NCBI GenBank assembly: GCA_964494535.1 | Contig: CAZBSB010000002.1 | Coordinates: 539-29,748, forward strand | Source: an uncultured Rhodospirillales bacterium | GTDB taxonomy: Bacteria > Pseudomonadota > Alphaproteobacteria > UBA9219 > RFNS01 | Length of the DNA: 29,210 bases | Direction of reading: 5' to 3' | In this document: piece by piece, positions 10,262-18,171 of the stretch | Position numbering within the stretch: the first letter of the stretch is position 1 | Layout of the letters: each line of letters begins with the position of its first letter | Made by a program: the position numbers and the translations under genes | The notes under the pieces: generated by a model | Database searches by the model: none | What the model was told of the DNA's origin: nothing | What the model saw: the letters and a program-made list of their open reading frames with translations, nothing else

Positions 10262-11767
10262 CTAACGCGCTGATTCTGAAACTATTCCCGCCGCGCCTGC
10301 GGCCGAACGGCGACGCGCGGCGGAGGAAGGGATGTGCATCGCTTCGCGGTATTTGGCGACGGTGCGGCGGGCGATGGCGATGCCTTCCTGCTGCAACAAC
10401 GCCGCGATGCGATCATCGGGCAAGATGGCGTTCGGCGCTTCGGCCTCGATCAGGGTTTTGATGCGGTGGCGCACGGCGGTGGCGGCCAGGGCATCGCCGC
10501 CATCCGTGGCGGCGATGGCGTTGGTGAAGAAATATTTCAGCTCAAAGATGCCGCGCGGCGTGGCGATATATTTGCTGGTGGTGACGCGGCTGATGGTGGA
10601 TTCGTGCATCGCCACATCCTCGGCGATCTGGCGCAGCGTGAGCGGGCGCAGATGCGTGACGCCATGGACGAAGAAATTGTCCTGCTGCTGCACGATGGCG
10701 CTGGCGGTCTTGAGGATAGTGGTGGCGCGCTGATGCAGCGCCTTGACCAGCCAATTGGCCTGTTGCCAGCGTTCCTGGATATAATCGCGCTCGGCCTTGA
10801 TTTTTACGCCGGCGGTCAGGCGCTGATAATAATGTTCGTTGGCGAGAACGCGGGGCAGGTTTTCTGGGTTGAGTTCTACCTGCCAGCCGCCGCCGGGCAG
10901 GGGGCGCAACAACACATCGGGTATCAGGGTCTGCGTGATGTCATGCGCGAAGGCCTGGGCGGGGCGCGGGTTGAGACGCTTGAGTTCCGTCAGCATGTCC
11001 GCGAGGTCAAGCGCGTCCACGCCACACAGCTGCTGCAGCTTTTTGTGGTCGCGGGCGGCGACAAGCGGCAAATTATCGAGCAAAGCGGCCATGGCCGGGT
11101 CGTAACGGTTTTGCTCGCGCAGCTGGAGCGCCAGGCATTCCGCGAGGCCGCGGGCGAAGATGCCGACGGGATCGCAGCGCTGCAGTTTGGCGATAACGCG
11201 GTCAAATTGCTCCGGCGTCGCTCCCAGTTGGGCGCGCACTAAATCCAACTCGGGCGGCAGGAAACCGTTGTCGTCCAGCATATCGAGTAGCGCAATGCCG
11301 ATGAGGCGCTCGAGAGGATCGGCGAAGTCGCAGTCTATCTGGGCGCTGAGGTGGTCGCGCAGGCTGGTGGCGGCGGGCAGGGTTTGCTCGAAAGAAAAAT
11401 CATCATCGCTGATGTTGTGCGCCGCTGTGCCGCTGGGGCGGTCGGACGCCCAGACATTATCAAAGTCGGTGTCCAGCGGGGTTTCTTGGGCGAAAGCGTC
11501 CGGCTCCGTGCGCGGGGTTTCAGCGAGCGGAGCGTCGAAAGCGGCGGGTTCCGGCTGTTCGGGTTCGGTCGGCACGGTTTCGTGCATGGCGGGCGCGTCG
11601 TTGTCGGTTTCCGCGCGTTCGAGCAGCGGGTTGGTCTCCAGCTCCGTTTGCACGAAATCCTGGAGTTCAAGGTTGGACATTTGCAACAGCTTGATGGCTT
11701 GCTGCAATTGTGGCGTCATCACCAAGGACTGGGACTGACGGAGATCAAGGCGCTGGTTCAGGCTCAT
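10262..11767 (-). CDS. rpoN: RNA polymerase sigma-54 factor
   Basis: Motifs MTPQLQQAIKLLQMSNLEL, HESTISRVT and the RpoN box ARRTVAKYRE. Confidence 0.98.
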   Translation of the reverse strand: MSLNQRLDLRQSQSLVMTPQLQQAIKLLQMSNLELQDFVQTELETNPLLERAETDNDAPAMHETVPTEPEQPEPAAFDAPLAETPRTEPDAFAQETPLDTDFDNVWASDRPSGTAAHNISDDDFSFEQTLPAATSLRDHLSAQIDCDFADPLERLIGIALLDMLDDNGFLPPELDLVRAQLGATPEQFDRVIAKLQRCDPVGIFARGLAECLALQLREQNRYDPAMAALLDNLPLVAARDHKKLQQLCGVDALDLADMLTELKRLNPRPAQAFAHDITQTLIPDVLLRPLPGGGWQVELNPENLPRVLANEHYYQRLTAGVKIKAERDYIQERWQQANWLVKALHQRATTILKTASAIVQQQDNFFVHGVTHLRPLTLRQIAEDVAMHESTISRVTTSKYIATPRGIFELKYFFTNAIAATDGGDALAATAVRHRIKTLIEAEAPNAILPDDRIAALLQQEGIAIARRTVAKYREAMHIPSSAARRRSAAGAAGIVSESAR

Positions 11768-11819
11768 GCGCCGACTTTACGGGGCAGGCGTTAACGGTTT
11801 CTTGCCAAACGAGTGAATT

Positions 11820-11835
11820 TGGCACCAGATTTGCA
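11820..11835 (+). promoter_or_regulatory. Sigma-54 -24/-12 site pointing away from rpoN
   Basis: TGGCAC-CAGAT-TTGCA is an exact match to TGGCAC-N5-TTGCW, 53-68 bp upstream of the rpoN ATG. Confidence 0.7.
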
Positions 11836-11916
11836 TAAAATTTGCAATGAGCATGATTGACCAATCAGAGTGACTACGATTTGCCACACAGAGCACTCAA
11901 ATAGGTAAGGGTGTTA

Positions 11917-11933
11917 CTTAGAATAATTCTAAT
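11917..11933. promoter_or_regulatory. Fur-family operator (Irr ICE/PerR-like) upstream of ahpC
   Basis: cTTAGAATAATTCTAAt: perfect 15-bp dyad, 15/17 match to the ICE consensus TTTRGAAYNRTTCYAAA. Confidence 0.6.
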
Positions 11934-11939
11934 TTACCC

Positions 11940-11968
11940 TTGGCAAAGCGTCACGACCGGCCTATAAC
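11940..11968 (+). promoter_or_regulatory. Sigma-70-type promoter for ahpC-ahpD
   Basis: TTGGCA-N17-TATAAC. Confidence 0.55.
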
Positions 11969-12038
11969 ACTGCCATGCAGCGCTGGCAGTCTAAGCCGGA
12001 CGCAGCAAAACCGTTAACCCAAGCAGGAGTTTCGCCCG

Positions 12039-12578
12039 ATGTTGACGATTGGTGACCAGTTTCCGCAATTCGCCATGACTGCCGTGACCGGCAATGATTT
12101 GAAGAGCGCCTTCAAGGACGTGACCAACCAGACCTATAAGGACAAGTGGCTGGTGGTGTTCTTCTGGCCGAAGGATTTCACTTTCGTCTGCCCCACCGAA
12201 ATCGCTTCCTTCGGCAAGATGAACAAGGACTTTGCCGATCGCGGCGCGCAGCTGCTGGGCGCTTCCATTGACAGCGAATTCGTCCATCTCGCCTGGCGCA
12301 ACAGCCACGCTGATTTGAAGAATCTGCCGTTCCCTATGCTGGCCGACATCAAGCGCGAGTTGAGCCAGGCGCTGGGCATCATGGACAAGAATGCCGGCGT
12401 CTCCATGCGCGCCACCTATATCGTTGACCCGCAGGGCATCATCCGCTTCGTCTCGGTGACCGATCTCAATGTCGGCCGCAACACGCAGGAAGTGCTGCGC
12501 GTGCTGGACGCGCTGCAGAGCGACGAGCTGTGCCCCTGCAACTGGCAGAAGGGTCAGGACACGCTGAAGGCGGCCTGA
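12039..12578 (+). CDS. ahpC: Peroxiredoxin AhpC (AhpD-coupled type)
   Basis: Peroxidatic motif WPKDFTFVCPTEI; C-terminal DELCPCNW; AGGAG SD. Confidence 0.96.
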   Translation: MLTIGDQFPQFAMTAVTGNDLKSAFKDVTNQTYKDKWLVVFFWPKDFTFVCPTEIASFGKMNKDFADRGAQLLGASIDSEFVHLAWRNSHADLKNLPFPMLADIKRELSQALGIMDKNAGVSMRATYIVDPQGIIRFVSVTDLNVGRNTQEVLRVLDALQSDELCPCNWQKGQDTLKAA

Positions 12579-12649
12579 TCGCTTGATGAACCAATCCAGG
12601 CCGCGCAACGCCATCATGGTTTGCGCGGCCTTTTTTCTGGGAGATAACG

Positions 12650-13201
12650 ATGAATATCGAGACCATCAAAGACCGTTTGCCGGACTATGCCCGCGATATC
12701 CGCCTGAATCTCGGCGGCATCACCACGATTGCCAGCCTGAACCCGCAGCAGCTCTGGGGCTGCGCCGTGGCCGCTGCCGCCGCTTGTCGCAATCCGGCGC
12801 TTTACCAGGCCGTGCTGGCCGAAGCCGCGCCGCACCTCTCGCCGGAGGCGCTGCAGGCTGCCAAAATCGCCGCGTCCTTGATGGCGATGAACAATATTTA
12901 TTATCGCTTCACCCATCTGGTGGGCAACGCGCAATATCGCAACATGCCGGCGCGCCTGCGCATGACGGCACTGGGCAACCCGGGCGCGGACAAGCTGGAT
13001 TTTGAACTGTGGTCGCTGGCCGTCTCCGCCATCAATGGCTGCGGCATGTGCATCGAAAGCCATGAGCATGAAGTGCTGGCCAAGGGCGCGACGGCGGAGA
13101 TGGTGCAGGACGCCGTGCGCATCGCCGCCATCATGCACGCCGCCGCCGTGACCTTGGAGATGGAAGCAGCCGCGGGCAGCACACTGGCCGCCGCGGCCTA
13201 A
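12650..13201 (+). CDS. ahpD: Alkyl hydroperoxide reductase AhpD (CMD family)
   Basis: Motifs LPDYARDIRLNL, MAMNNIYYRF, AVSAINGCGMCIESH (CxxC). Confidence 0.95.
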   Translation: MNIETIKDRLPDYARDIRLNLGGITTIASLNPQQLWGCAVAAAAACRNPALYQAVLAEAAPHLSPEALQAAKIAASLMAMNNIYYRFTHLVGNAQYRNMPARLRMTALGNPGADKLDFELWSLAVSAINGCGMCIESHEHEVLAKGATAEMVQDAVRIAAIMHAAAVTLEMEAAAGSTLAAAA

Positions 13202-13204
13202 ACC

Positions 13205-13927
13205 TTACGCATTGGCGCCGCCATCCACCGGAATGGTGGCGCCGGTGACGTAGCTGGCCTCGTCGCTGGCGATGAAGGCGATGACGTTCGCCACCTCTTC
13301 CGGCTTGCCGGCGCGCTTCATCGCCGCCACTTGGTCGGCGCCGTCCGGCAGCATGTCGGTGGCGATGGGCCCGGGCAGAATGGCGTTGACCGTGATGTTT
13401 TGCAGCGCCAGATCCTGCGCCCAGCCGCGCGTCATACCCGCCACCGCGAACTTCGTCATGGCATAGGCGCTCACGCCCGGGAAGATGCCGCGCTCACCCA
13501 GCACACTGCTGATATTGATGATGCGGCCGCCGGCTTTCAGGTGCTTGATGGCCGCTTGGGTGGTGGTGAAGACCGCGCGGACATTGACATTGAGCTGATG
13601 CTCAAACTGCGCCGCGTCAATCGCGCCGATGGCGCCGCCGCCTTCGAACACGCCGGCATTGTTGACCAGGATATCGAGCTTGCCGAACTGCTTGACCACG
13701 GTCTCCACCATCGCGCCCATGGCATCCGGCTGGCCGGCATCGGCCTTGATGACCAGGGCTTTGCGCCCCAGTGCCTTGATAGCTTCCGCCACCTTTTCCG
13801 CCGCTGCCGCGGATTTGCTGTAGGTCAGCGCGACGTCCGCCCCTTCCTGCGCCAGTTTCAGCGCCGTAGCGGCGCCGATGCCGCGCGCCCCGCCGGTGAC
13901 CAAAGCGACCTTATTGACTAAACGCAT
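13205..13927 (-). CDS. Classical short-chain dehydrogenase/reductase
   Basis: Motifs TGGARGIG, NNAG, YAMTK (YxxxK), PGPIATDM; GAGGAG SD. Confidence 0.93.
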   Translation of the reverse strand: MRLVNKVALVTGGARGIGAATALKLAQEGADVALTYSKSAAAAEKVAEAIKALGRKALVIKADAGQPDAMGAMVETVVKQFGKLDILVNNAGVFEGGGAIGAIDAAQFEHQLNVNVRAVFTTTQAAIKHLKAGGRIINISSVLGERGIFPGVSAYAMTKFAVAGMTRGWAQDLALQNITVNAILPGPIATDMLPDGADQVAAMKRAGKPEEVANVIAFIASDEASYVTGATIPVDGGANA

Positions 13928-14031
13928 AACATTCTCCTCGGATGAATGGATTATCGACCTACATCAAGTAGGTGCAGGCCTGTCGGTTTCAAGGACGGCT
14001 AAACAGCGCAGATTGCCGCAGCAGATTAAAG

Positions 14032-15099
14032 CTAAGCCGCCAATGCTTTATAGACAGTGGCCAACGCATGGCTCTCGCGGCTGGCTGCGCGCAACGCTTC
14101 CAGGGCGCGCGCCTGCTTGGCTGCTTCACCCGCCAGCTTCGCCACCAGCCTCTCCGTCTCACGCCAGTAAAGCTCACGCGCCTGAATGAGCGCGAAGCAT
14201 CGCCCTGGCCGGATCAACGCGTCATCGAGATCGCCGATATTCGGCAGATTGGTGGAAAAGATGATCTTCCGCCCCTGCGCCCGTACCACGCCGTCGGCAA
14301 TCGCCAGAAACCGATGCAGATGCTCGTTGCCTTCCGCGCGCGGCCGCAAAAGATGGTCGGCATCCTCCACCACGAAGGCGTCGTCATAGCCGGTGATGAA
14401 TTTGACGTAGATTTCGTCATTCTCCAGCGCGCGCTTGTCCCCGGTATAGAGCGCCTGCGCCTCGCCGCCATTGCGCCGCGACAGCGCGCCTAGAATGGCG
14501 CGGATCAGGCGCGTCTTGCCGGTGCCCGGCGGTCCCTGCAGCACCAGCACGGTTTCCGGCGCCGCGATATAACGGGCGACAAAATCCTGCACGCCGCCGG
14601 TGATTTCGGGATAGGCCTCGTCATGCAGAACATCATCCGCCATCTCCTCGATGCTGGCGCTTTCCAATTCATTTTTTCCAGTCAGAAAATGCCAATCGAT
14701 CGAAAACATCGGCTCACGGATGCGCTGCGCCTCGACCAGCGCCAAAACTTTTTGTTTTGCCGTCTCCGCCTGCGCAATGCTCTCTGCCCAAAGGTGAAAG
14801 CGGCAGGAGCAGTAATCTGCCTTGCGGCTGCCTTCCGCCGTAATGAACAACCCCGGCGCGTCCAGGATGACCGTGTTGGCGCCGACGCGCTGCGCCGCCC
14901 AGCCCAGGCTGAGCGCGAAATCGTCGAATAAAGCCTCTTGCTCGCGGCGCGCCGCGAACCGCAGCGTGCGGTGGACGGGATAGCGCGAGACGCCCGCTTC
15001 CAACGCCTGCGTCAGCCGCGTCTTGAGCAGAAAATCCGTCAGACCCCAGACCTCAAGCGCGATATTGGGCTGGCAGTTGCGTGCGGTATTGTTTTGCAT
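14032..15099 (-). CDS. Stand-alone single-domain AAA+ ATPase with uncharacterised N-terminal domain
   Basis: Walker A GPPGTGKT, Walker B FVVEDAD, SRH STN...LDDALIRPGR. Start chosen at ATG 15099 because of AAGAGG upstream; the ORF track starts at 15129. Confidence 0.85.
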   Translation of the reverse strand: MQNNTARNCQPNIALEVWGLTDFLLKTRLTQALEAGVSRYPVHRTLRFAARREQEALFDDFALSLGWAAQRVGANTVILDAPGLFITAEGSRKADYCSCRFHLWAESIAQAETAKQKVLALVEAQRIREPMFSIDWHFLTGKNELESASIEEMADDVLHDEAYPEITGGVQDFVARYIAAPETVLVLQGPPGTGKTRLIRAILGALSRRNGGEAQALYTGDKRALENDEIYVKFITGYDDAFVVEDADHLLRPRAEGNEHLHRFLAIADGVVRAQGRKIIFSTNLPNIGDLDDALIRPGRCFALIQARELYWRETERLVAKLAGEAAKQARALEALRAASRESHALATVYKALAA

Positions 15100-15202
15100 G
15101 GGAGCCTCTTGATAACAGGCGCGCACCATAGAGAAGTTGCCTATCCCTGGCTATCTTTTCCGTCATATCGCCCTATAATTGGCGCTTAAACAGGAGCATG
15201 GC

Positions 15203-16012
15203 GTGAAAATTCTATTCTTGGGCGATATTGTCGGCCGGTCGGGGCGGGAGGCGGTGGCGAAGCATCTGCCCGCACTGCGCGCCGCGCTGCAGCCGGATGT
15301 GGTGATCGCGAATGGCGAGAACGCGGCCGCCGGCTTCGGTATCACGCGCGCTATCGCGCAGGAGATGTTTACGCTGGGCGTGCATTGCGTCACCACCGGC
15401 AATCATGTGTGGGATCAGCGCGAGCTGCTCGGTCAGATTGACCAGGAGCCGAACCTGCTGCGCCCGCTGAACCTGACGGAAGGCGCGCCGGGGCGCGGCC
15501 ACACCATCATCACCACGGCGGCAGGGCAGAAAATCCTGATCCTCAATGTTATCGGCCGCCTGTTCATGGAAGCGCATGATGACCCTTTCGGCGTCACGCA
15601 AAAGTTCCTCGCTGCTTACCGGCTAGGGCAAAGCGTGGCGGCGATCTTCGTGGATTTCCACGCCGAGGCGAGTTCGGAAAAAATGGCTTTTGGGCATTGT
15701 CTTGATGGCAAGGTTTCCGCCGTCGTTGGCACCCACACCCATGTGCCGACGGCGGACGCGCTCGTGCTGCCGCGCGGCACCGCCTATCAGACCGATGCCG
15801 GCATGTGCGGGGATTATGACAGCGTCATCGGCATGAAGAAGGACATCCCCATCGCCAAATTCACCCGCAAATTGCCGACCGACCGGCTCAGCCCCGCCGA
15901 TGGCGAAGCCACGCTCTGCGGCTGTTATATCGTGACGCACGACCAAACCGGCCTCGCGCAATCCATCCGCCCCGTTCGCGTAGGCGGCAAACTGGCGGGG
16001 ACGGAGGGCTAG
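15203..16012 (+). CDS. ymdB: YmdB/TIGR00282-family metallophosphoesterase
   Basis: Motifs ILFLGDIVG, NGENAAAGFG, TTGNHVWD, DFHAEASSEK, GTHTHVPTAD, TDAGMCG; GTG 15203 follows AGGAG. Confidence 0.93.
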   Translation: MKILFLGDIVGRSGREAVAKHLPALRAALQPDVVIANGENAAAGFGITRAIAQEMFTLGVHCVTTGNHVWDQRELLGQIDQEPNLLRPLNLTEGAPGRGHTIITTAAGQKILILNVIGRLFMEAHDDPFGVTQKFLAAYRLGQSVAAIFVDFHAEASSEKMAFGHCLDGKVSAVVGTHTHVPTADALVLPRGTAYQTDAGMCGDYDSVIGMKKDIPIAKFTRKLPTDRLSPADGEATLCGCYIVTHDQTGLAQSIRPVRVGGKLAGTEG

Positions 16013-16027
16013 CGAGGCGGACTTTTT

Positions 16028-16174
16028 CTCTCCCCCTGCGGGATTTGAATGCAAAGCATTCATGGATAGAGAATCTGTGCGTTGTTACGCGCTAGATTCT
16101 CTTGGTGAGGGGTTCGATAACAAACATTGTACGCGCTGAACCAACCCCTCCCCTAACTCCTCCCGCAAGGGGAG
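16028..16174. repeat. Long palindromic REP/MITE-like element truncated by the IS
   Basis: Left arm CTCCCCCTGCGGGA (16030-16043) matches the reverse complement of right arm TCCCGCAAGGGGAG (16161-16174) at 13/14. An inner GGTGAGGGG/CCCCTCCCC pair and internal hairpins at 16046-16062 and 16068-16102 are also present. Confidence 0.7.
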
Positions 16175-16241
16175 TGACGTTCTCCCGGCCAATGTCGCCA
16201 AGATGAGGTAGAGTCTGCAACCCTGAATAAGGAGCAGACTG

Positions 16242-16505
16242 ATGAAGCAGCGGTTTGCGGAAGAACAGATTATTCGGGTATTGAAGGAAGCGGAGGCTGG
16301 GGCCAAAACGGCGGCTCTGTGCCGCAAGCATGGGATCAGCGACGCGACGTTCTATAACTGGAAGGCCAAGTATGGCGGCATGGAGGTGTCGGACGCGAAG
16401 AAGCTGCGCGCGTTGGAAAGCGAAAACGCGAAGCTGAAGAAGCTGGTCGCGGATTTAAGCCTCGACAAAGTGGCGCTGCAGGATCTGCTCTCAAAAAACT
16501 GGTAA
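16242..16505 (+). CDS. IS3 transposase OrfA (HTH)
   Basis: [11 protein letters not shown]...[21 protein letters not shown]...[15 protein letters not shown]. Confidence 0.93.
   Translation: MKQRFAEEQIIRVLKEAEAGAKTAALCRKHGISDATFYNWKAKYGGMEVSDAKKLRALESENAKLKKLVADLSLDKVALQDLLSKNW
16493..16499 (+). other. -1 programmed ribosomal frameshift site A_AAA_AAC
   Basis: CTC TCA AAA AAC TGG TAA. A -1 shift enters the orfB frame ([15 protein letters not shown]). Confidence 0.85.
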
Positions 16506-16528
16506 AGCCCAAAGCGAAGAGGAAGGCC

Positions 16529-17365
16529 GTGGCGTATTCGAAGGAACGCTACGGCTTCTCCAAGCGGCGGGCTTGCCGAGTGGCCGATGCCTCACGACGG
16601 CGGATCAGCTATCAATCACGCAAGGACGACCATGCTCTACGCGAAGCGATGCGGCGTATCGCGGCTGAGCGGCGGCGGTTCGGCTATAAGCGGATTGCGG
16701 TGATGCTGCGCCGTGAAGGGCATGTTCACAACCTGAAGAAGATATGCCGCCTCTACCGTGAAGAAGGACTGATGGTGAAGCGCCGGAAGGGCCGCAAACG
16801 GGCCCCTGGCACACGGTTGCCGTTGCCGAAGCCGGACAGCCTTACTCAGGTGTGGTCGCTGGATTTTCTGAGCGACCAACTCTCGGATGGCCGCCGGTTT
16901 CGTATTCTGAGCGTCATGGATCAATGCAGCCGGGAGTGTCTGACGTTGGCGGCGGACACGTCGACTGGCGGGGCGCGGGTTGCCCGTGAGTTAGATGTCC
17001 TTGTGGCTCGTTACGGCAGGCCGCTTTGCATCGTCAGTGACAATGGCACCGAGCTGACCAGCCGCGCTATTCTCCTCTGGGCACAACAGAACGGCGTCGA
17101 ATGGCATTACATCACACCGGGCAAGCCCAGGGAAAACGGCTTCACCGAGAGCCTCAATAGCAGGATCAGGGATGAATGCCTGAACGAGCCAGTGTTCGAG
17201 AGCCTCGCTGCCGCTCGGCGGCTCATTGCGACGTGGCGGCAGGATTACAACAATATCCGGCCCCATGGCAGCCTCGACAACCAAACCCCGGCGGCCTGCC
17301 GCGCCGGTCTGCGCTCGACTCTTGCGGTCGCGCAGCCCGTCGCTTGCTCATGGAGCGGAACATGA
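16529..17365 (+). CDS. IS3 transposase OrfB (DDE domain), normally expressed as an OrfAB fusion
   Basis: Motifs [40 protein letters not shown]. Confidence 0.92.
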   Translation: MAYSKERYGFSKRRACRVADASRRRISYQSRKDDHALREAMRRIAAERRRFGYKRIAVMLRREGHVHNLKKICRLYREEGLMVKRRKGRKRAPGTRLPLPKPDSLTQVWSLDFLSDQLSDGRRFRILSVMDQCSRECLTLAADTSTGGARVARELDVLVARYGRPLCIVSDNGTELTSRAILLWAQQNGVEWHYITPGKPRENGFTESLNSRIRDECLNEPVFESLAAARRLIATWRQDYNNIRPHGSLDNQTPAACRAGLRSTLAVAQPVACSWSGT

Positions 17366-17485
17366 CTATCTTAACCTAAGGACTCTATCTCCCTATGGCG
17401 ACACAATGGGGAAGACGTCAGCACTTATTGTACTGCATTTTTCAGGCAACGTCGTGGCTTGATCTGTGGATTGCGAGCATGAACA

Positions 17486-17842
17486 ATGAGTCCCGAAGAT
17501 AAACCGAAACTCTTTAGCCCCGGAATTGGTAAGCGTGGAATGAATGAACTTCACTACGCTGCATACTGTGGCAGTGTTGGCGATTTACAGCAGTGCTTGA
17601 ACGCAGGATTTGATCCGAACGTGAAGGACGAATATCGCGGTTACACAGCCCTTCATTGGTTGGCGGATATGGCTGCAACCGGAGGGCCACGCGTTGAGAT
17701 GTTAAAATTACTTGTATCAAAGGGGGCTGATATAAATCGAGTAAGTGACACAGGCGAAACTGCTATGTCTCTTGCTGCTAAGGCCTCCGGACAAGGGGAT
17801 GATTTGGTTCTTGAGCTTGTAGCTCTGGGGGCCAAACATTGA
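17486..17842 (+). CDS. Small ankyrin-repeat protein
   Basis: Repeats LHYAAYCG...GFDPNVKD, GYTALHWLA...LLVSKGADIN, GETAMSLAA; AT-richer codon usage. Confidence 0.85.
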   Translation: MSPEDKPKLFSPGIGKRGMNELHYAAYCGSVGDLQQCLNAGFDPNVKDEYRGYTALHWLADMAATGGPRVEMLKLLVSKGADINRVSDTGETAMSLAAKASGQGDDLVLELVALGAKH

Positions 17843-18157
17843 AGGGTTGCTTAGTGCCCGACTTCATTCCGTTGTCTATGACATAAACAATTGATTTTTA
17901 TTCCAGAATAATTTGGTGGACCGACCAAGGTCATTCTGGGCACTTTTGGTTAATAAATACGTTTTTTGCATAAATTACCGCGCCTTGCGTGCGTTGAGCC
18001 TCAAGCCAAATTCAATAACAAGAGAGGTCTGTCGTAGATAAGTTTCCTTATATACGACAGAACCACAAGAGAACAAATGGATCGGATCGATCCGAACTAT
18101 CTCAAGGTGAGCGTCTCAAGTTGTAACACTAGAAGATTGTTTGGATACTTTAAGGGA

Positions 18158-18171
18158 TTGATGCAGATCAA
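18158..18171. promoter_or_regulatory. FNR/DNR box upstream of the phasin-like gene
   Basis: TTGAT-GCAG-ATCAA is a perfect TTGAT-N4-ATCAA. Confidence 0.8.

Larger units (their letters stand above)
16175..17420 (+). mobile_element. IS3-family insertion sequence (IS407-like group), 1246 bp
   Basis: Ends TG...CA. Imperfect ~41-bp IRs: TGACGTTCTCCCGGCCAATGTCGCCAAGATGAGGTAGAGTC versus reverse complement TGACGTCTTCCCCATTGTGTCGCCATAGGGAGATAGAGTC. orfA/orfB layout. Flanks GGAG and GCAC give no target duplication. Confidence 0.95.

Noticed and set aside
11767-11808. Possible leaderless rpoN promoter (TAAAGT 7 nt before the ATG, no SD)
   Set aside because: There is no acceptable -35 at 16-18 bp spacing, so the evidence is too thin.
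11901-11937. OxyR-type ATAG-N7-CTAT repeats upstream of ahpC
   Set aside because: Only the first tetramer is exact and the third is 3/4; the Fur-family dyad explains the region better.
16529-17365. Possible inactivation of the IS3 transposase
   Set aside because: Several residues deviate from the family pattern, but there is no stop or frameshift and the DDE motifs and IRs are intact, so it cannot be called a pseudogene.
17421-17950. Ankyrin gene as an integron cassette; 7-bp inverted repeat AGTGCCC/GGGCACT
   Set aside because: No RYYYAAC...GTTRRRY attC structure is present, and a 7-bp repeat is within chance expectation.
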